From positions 34,410,001-34,474,000 of the forward strand of contig OX597820.1 in NCBI GenBank assembly GCA_951406725.2: 64,000 nt of DNA, written 5' to 3'. Positions 63,750 to 64,000 of the stretch are shown here, one piece after another. Every line of letters begins with the position of its first letter. Position 1 is the stretch's first letter. This stretch comes from Octopus vulgaris (taxonomy: Eukaryota). A program made the translations under genes and the position numbers. A model generated the notes under the pieces. That model searched no databases, was not told where the DNA came from, and saw only the letters and a program-made list of their open reading frames with translations.

Positions 63750-64000
63750 GAAAAGAGACTTCAGCAGAAACCAAGGCTGCGATTTAAGGACTGTGTCAAG
63801 TCCTCATTAAAGGTCTGTGATATGCAGGAGACTGACCGAGAGAGTAATACCTACCATCGTCACAAATGGAGAAAGCAGGTTAAGGAGGGGGTCGGCACTT
63901 TTGAGAGAGCACGTAATCTGTATGAAGAACTTAAGCGTGCTGTTCGAAAGCGAACTTCTAGCGTAGTGAATGGGGAATGCTTGGTTTGCAATGTTTGTAT
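63750..64000 (+). mobile_element. RTE-clade LINE ORF2 C-terminal fragment, running off the window end
   Basis: KRLQQKPRLRFKDCVKSSLKVCDM...HRHKWRKQVKEGVGTFERAR...KRAVRK...LVCNVC matches the RTE 'GR-P..R(Y/F)KD..K..L...DR..WR' region followed by a terminal zinc finger. Confidence 0.7.

Overview
This is eukaryotic, AT-rich, microsatellite-saturated genomic DNA. The SINE families and repeat landscape point to an octopus or other coleoid cephalopod (inference). The only host gene I can support is the 3' part of cytoplasmic arginyl-tRNA synthetase (RARS1) on the + strand: five GT-AG coding exons (6570-6675, 24645-24758, 29930-29988, 34111-34358, 38986-39095) that splice in frame from the KFKTR motif to the stop, across 4-18 kb introns. 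Almost all of the supplied ORF track is translated microsatellite or SINE noise. The rest is mobile DNA: three or four SINE families, RTE and R4/Dong LINE relics, mariner/Tc1, piggyBac-type and hAT-type MITEs, a young Penelope-like element (RT + GIY-YIG), a young non-coding LTR element primed by tRNA-Trp, and a Tx1-type LINE 3' end. The most interesting observations are: a variant minimal hammerhead ribozyme in the Penelope tail; the ORF-less LTR element, whose two LTRs differ by a hairpin micro-inversion; retroelements each sitting in its own microsatellite type; a near-perfect intronic foldback centred on (TA)15; and a duplicated E2F/CCAAT module upstream of a CTCF-like site and TATA box. 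I see no clear evidence of a wholly new gene system; these are candidates to test.
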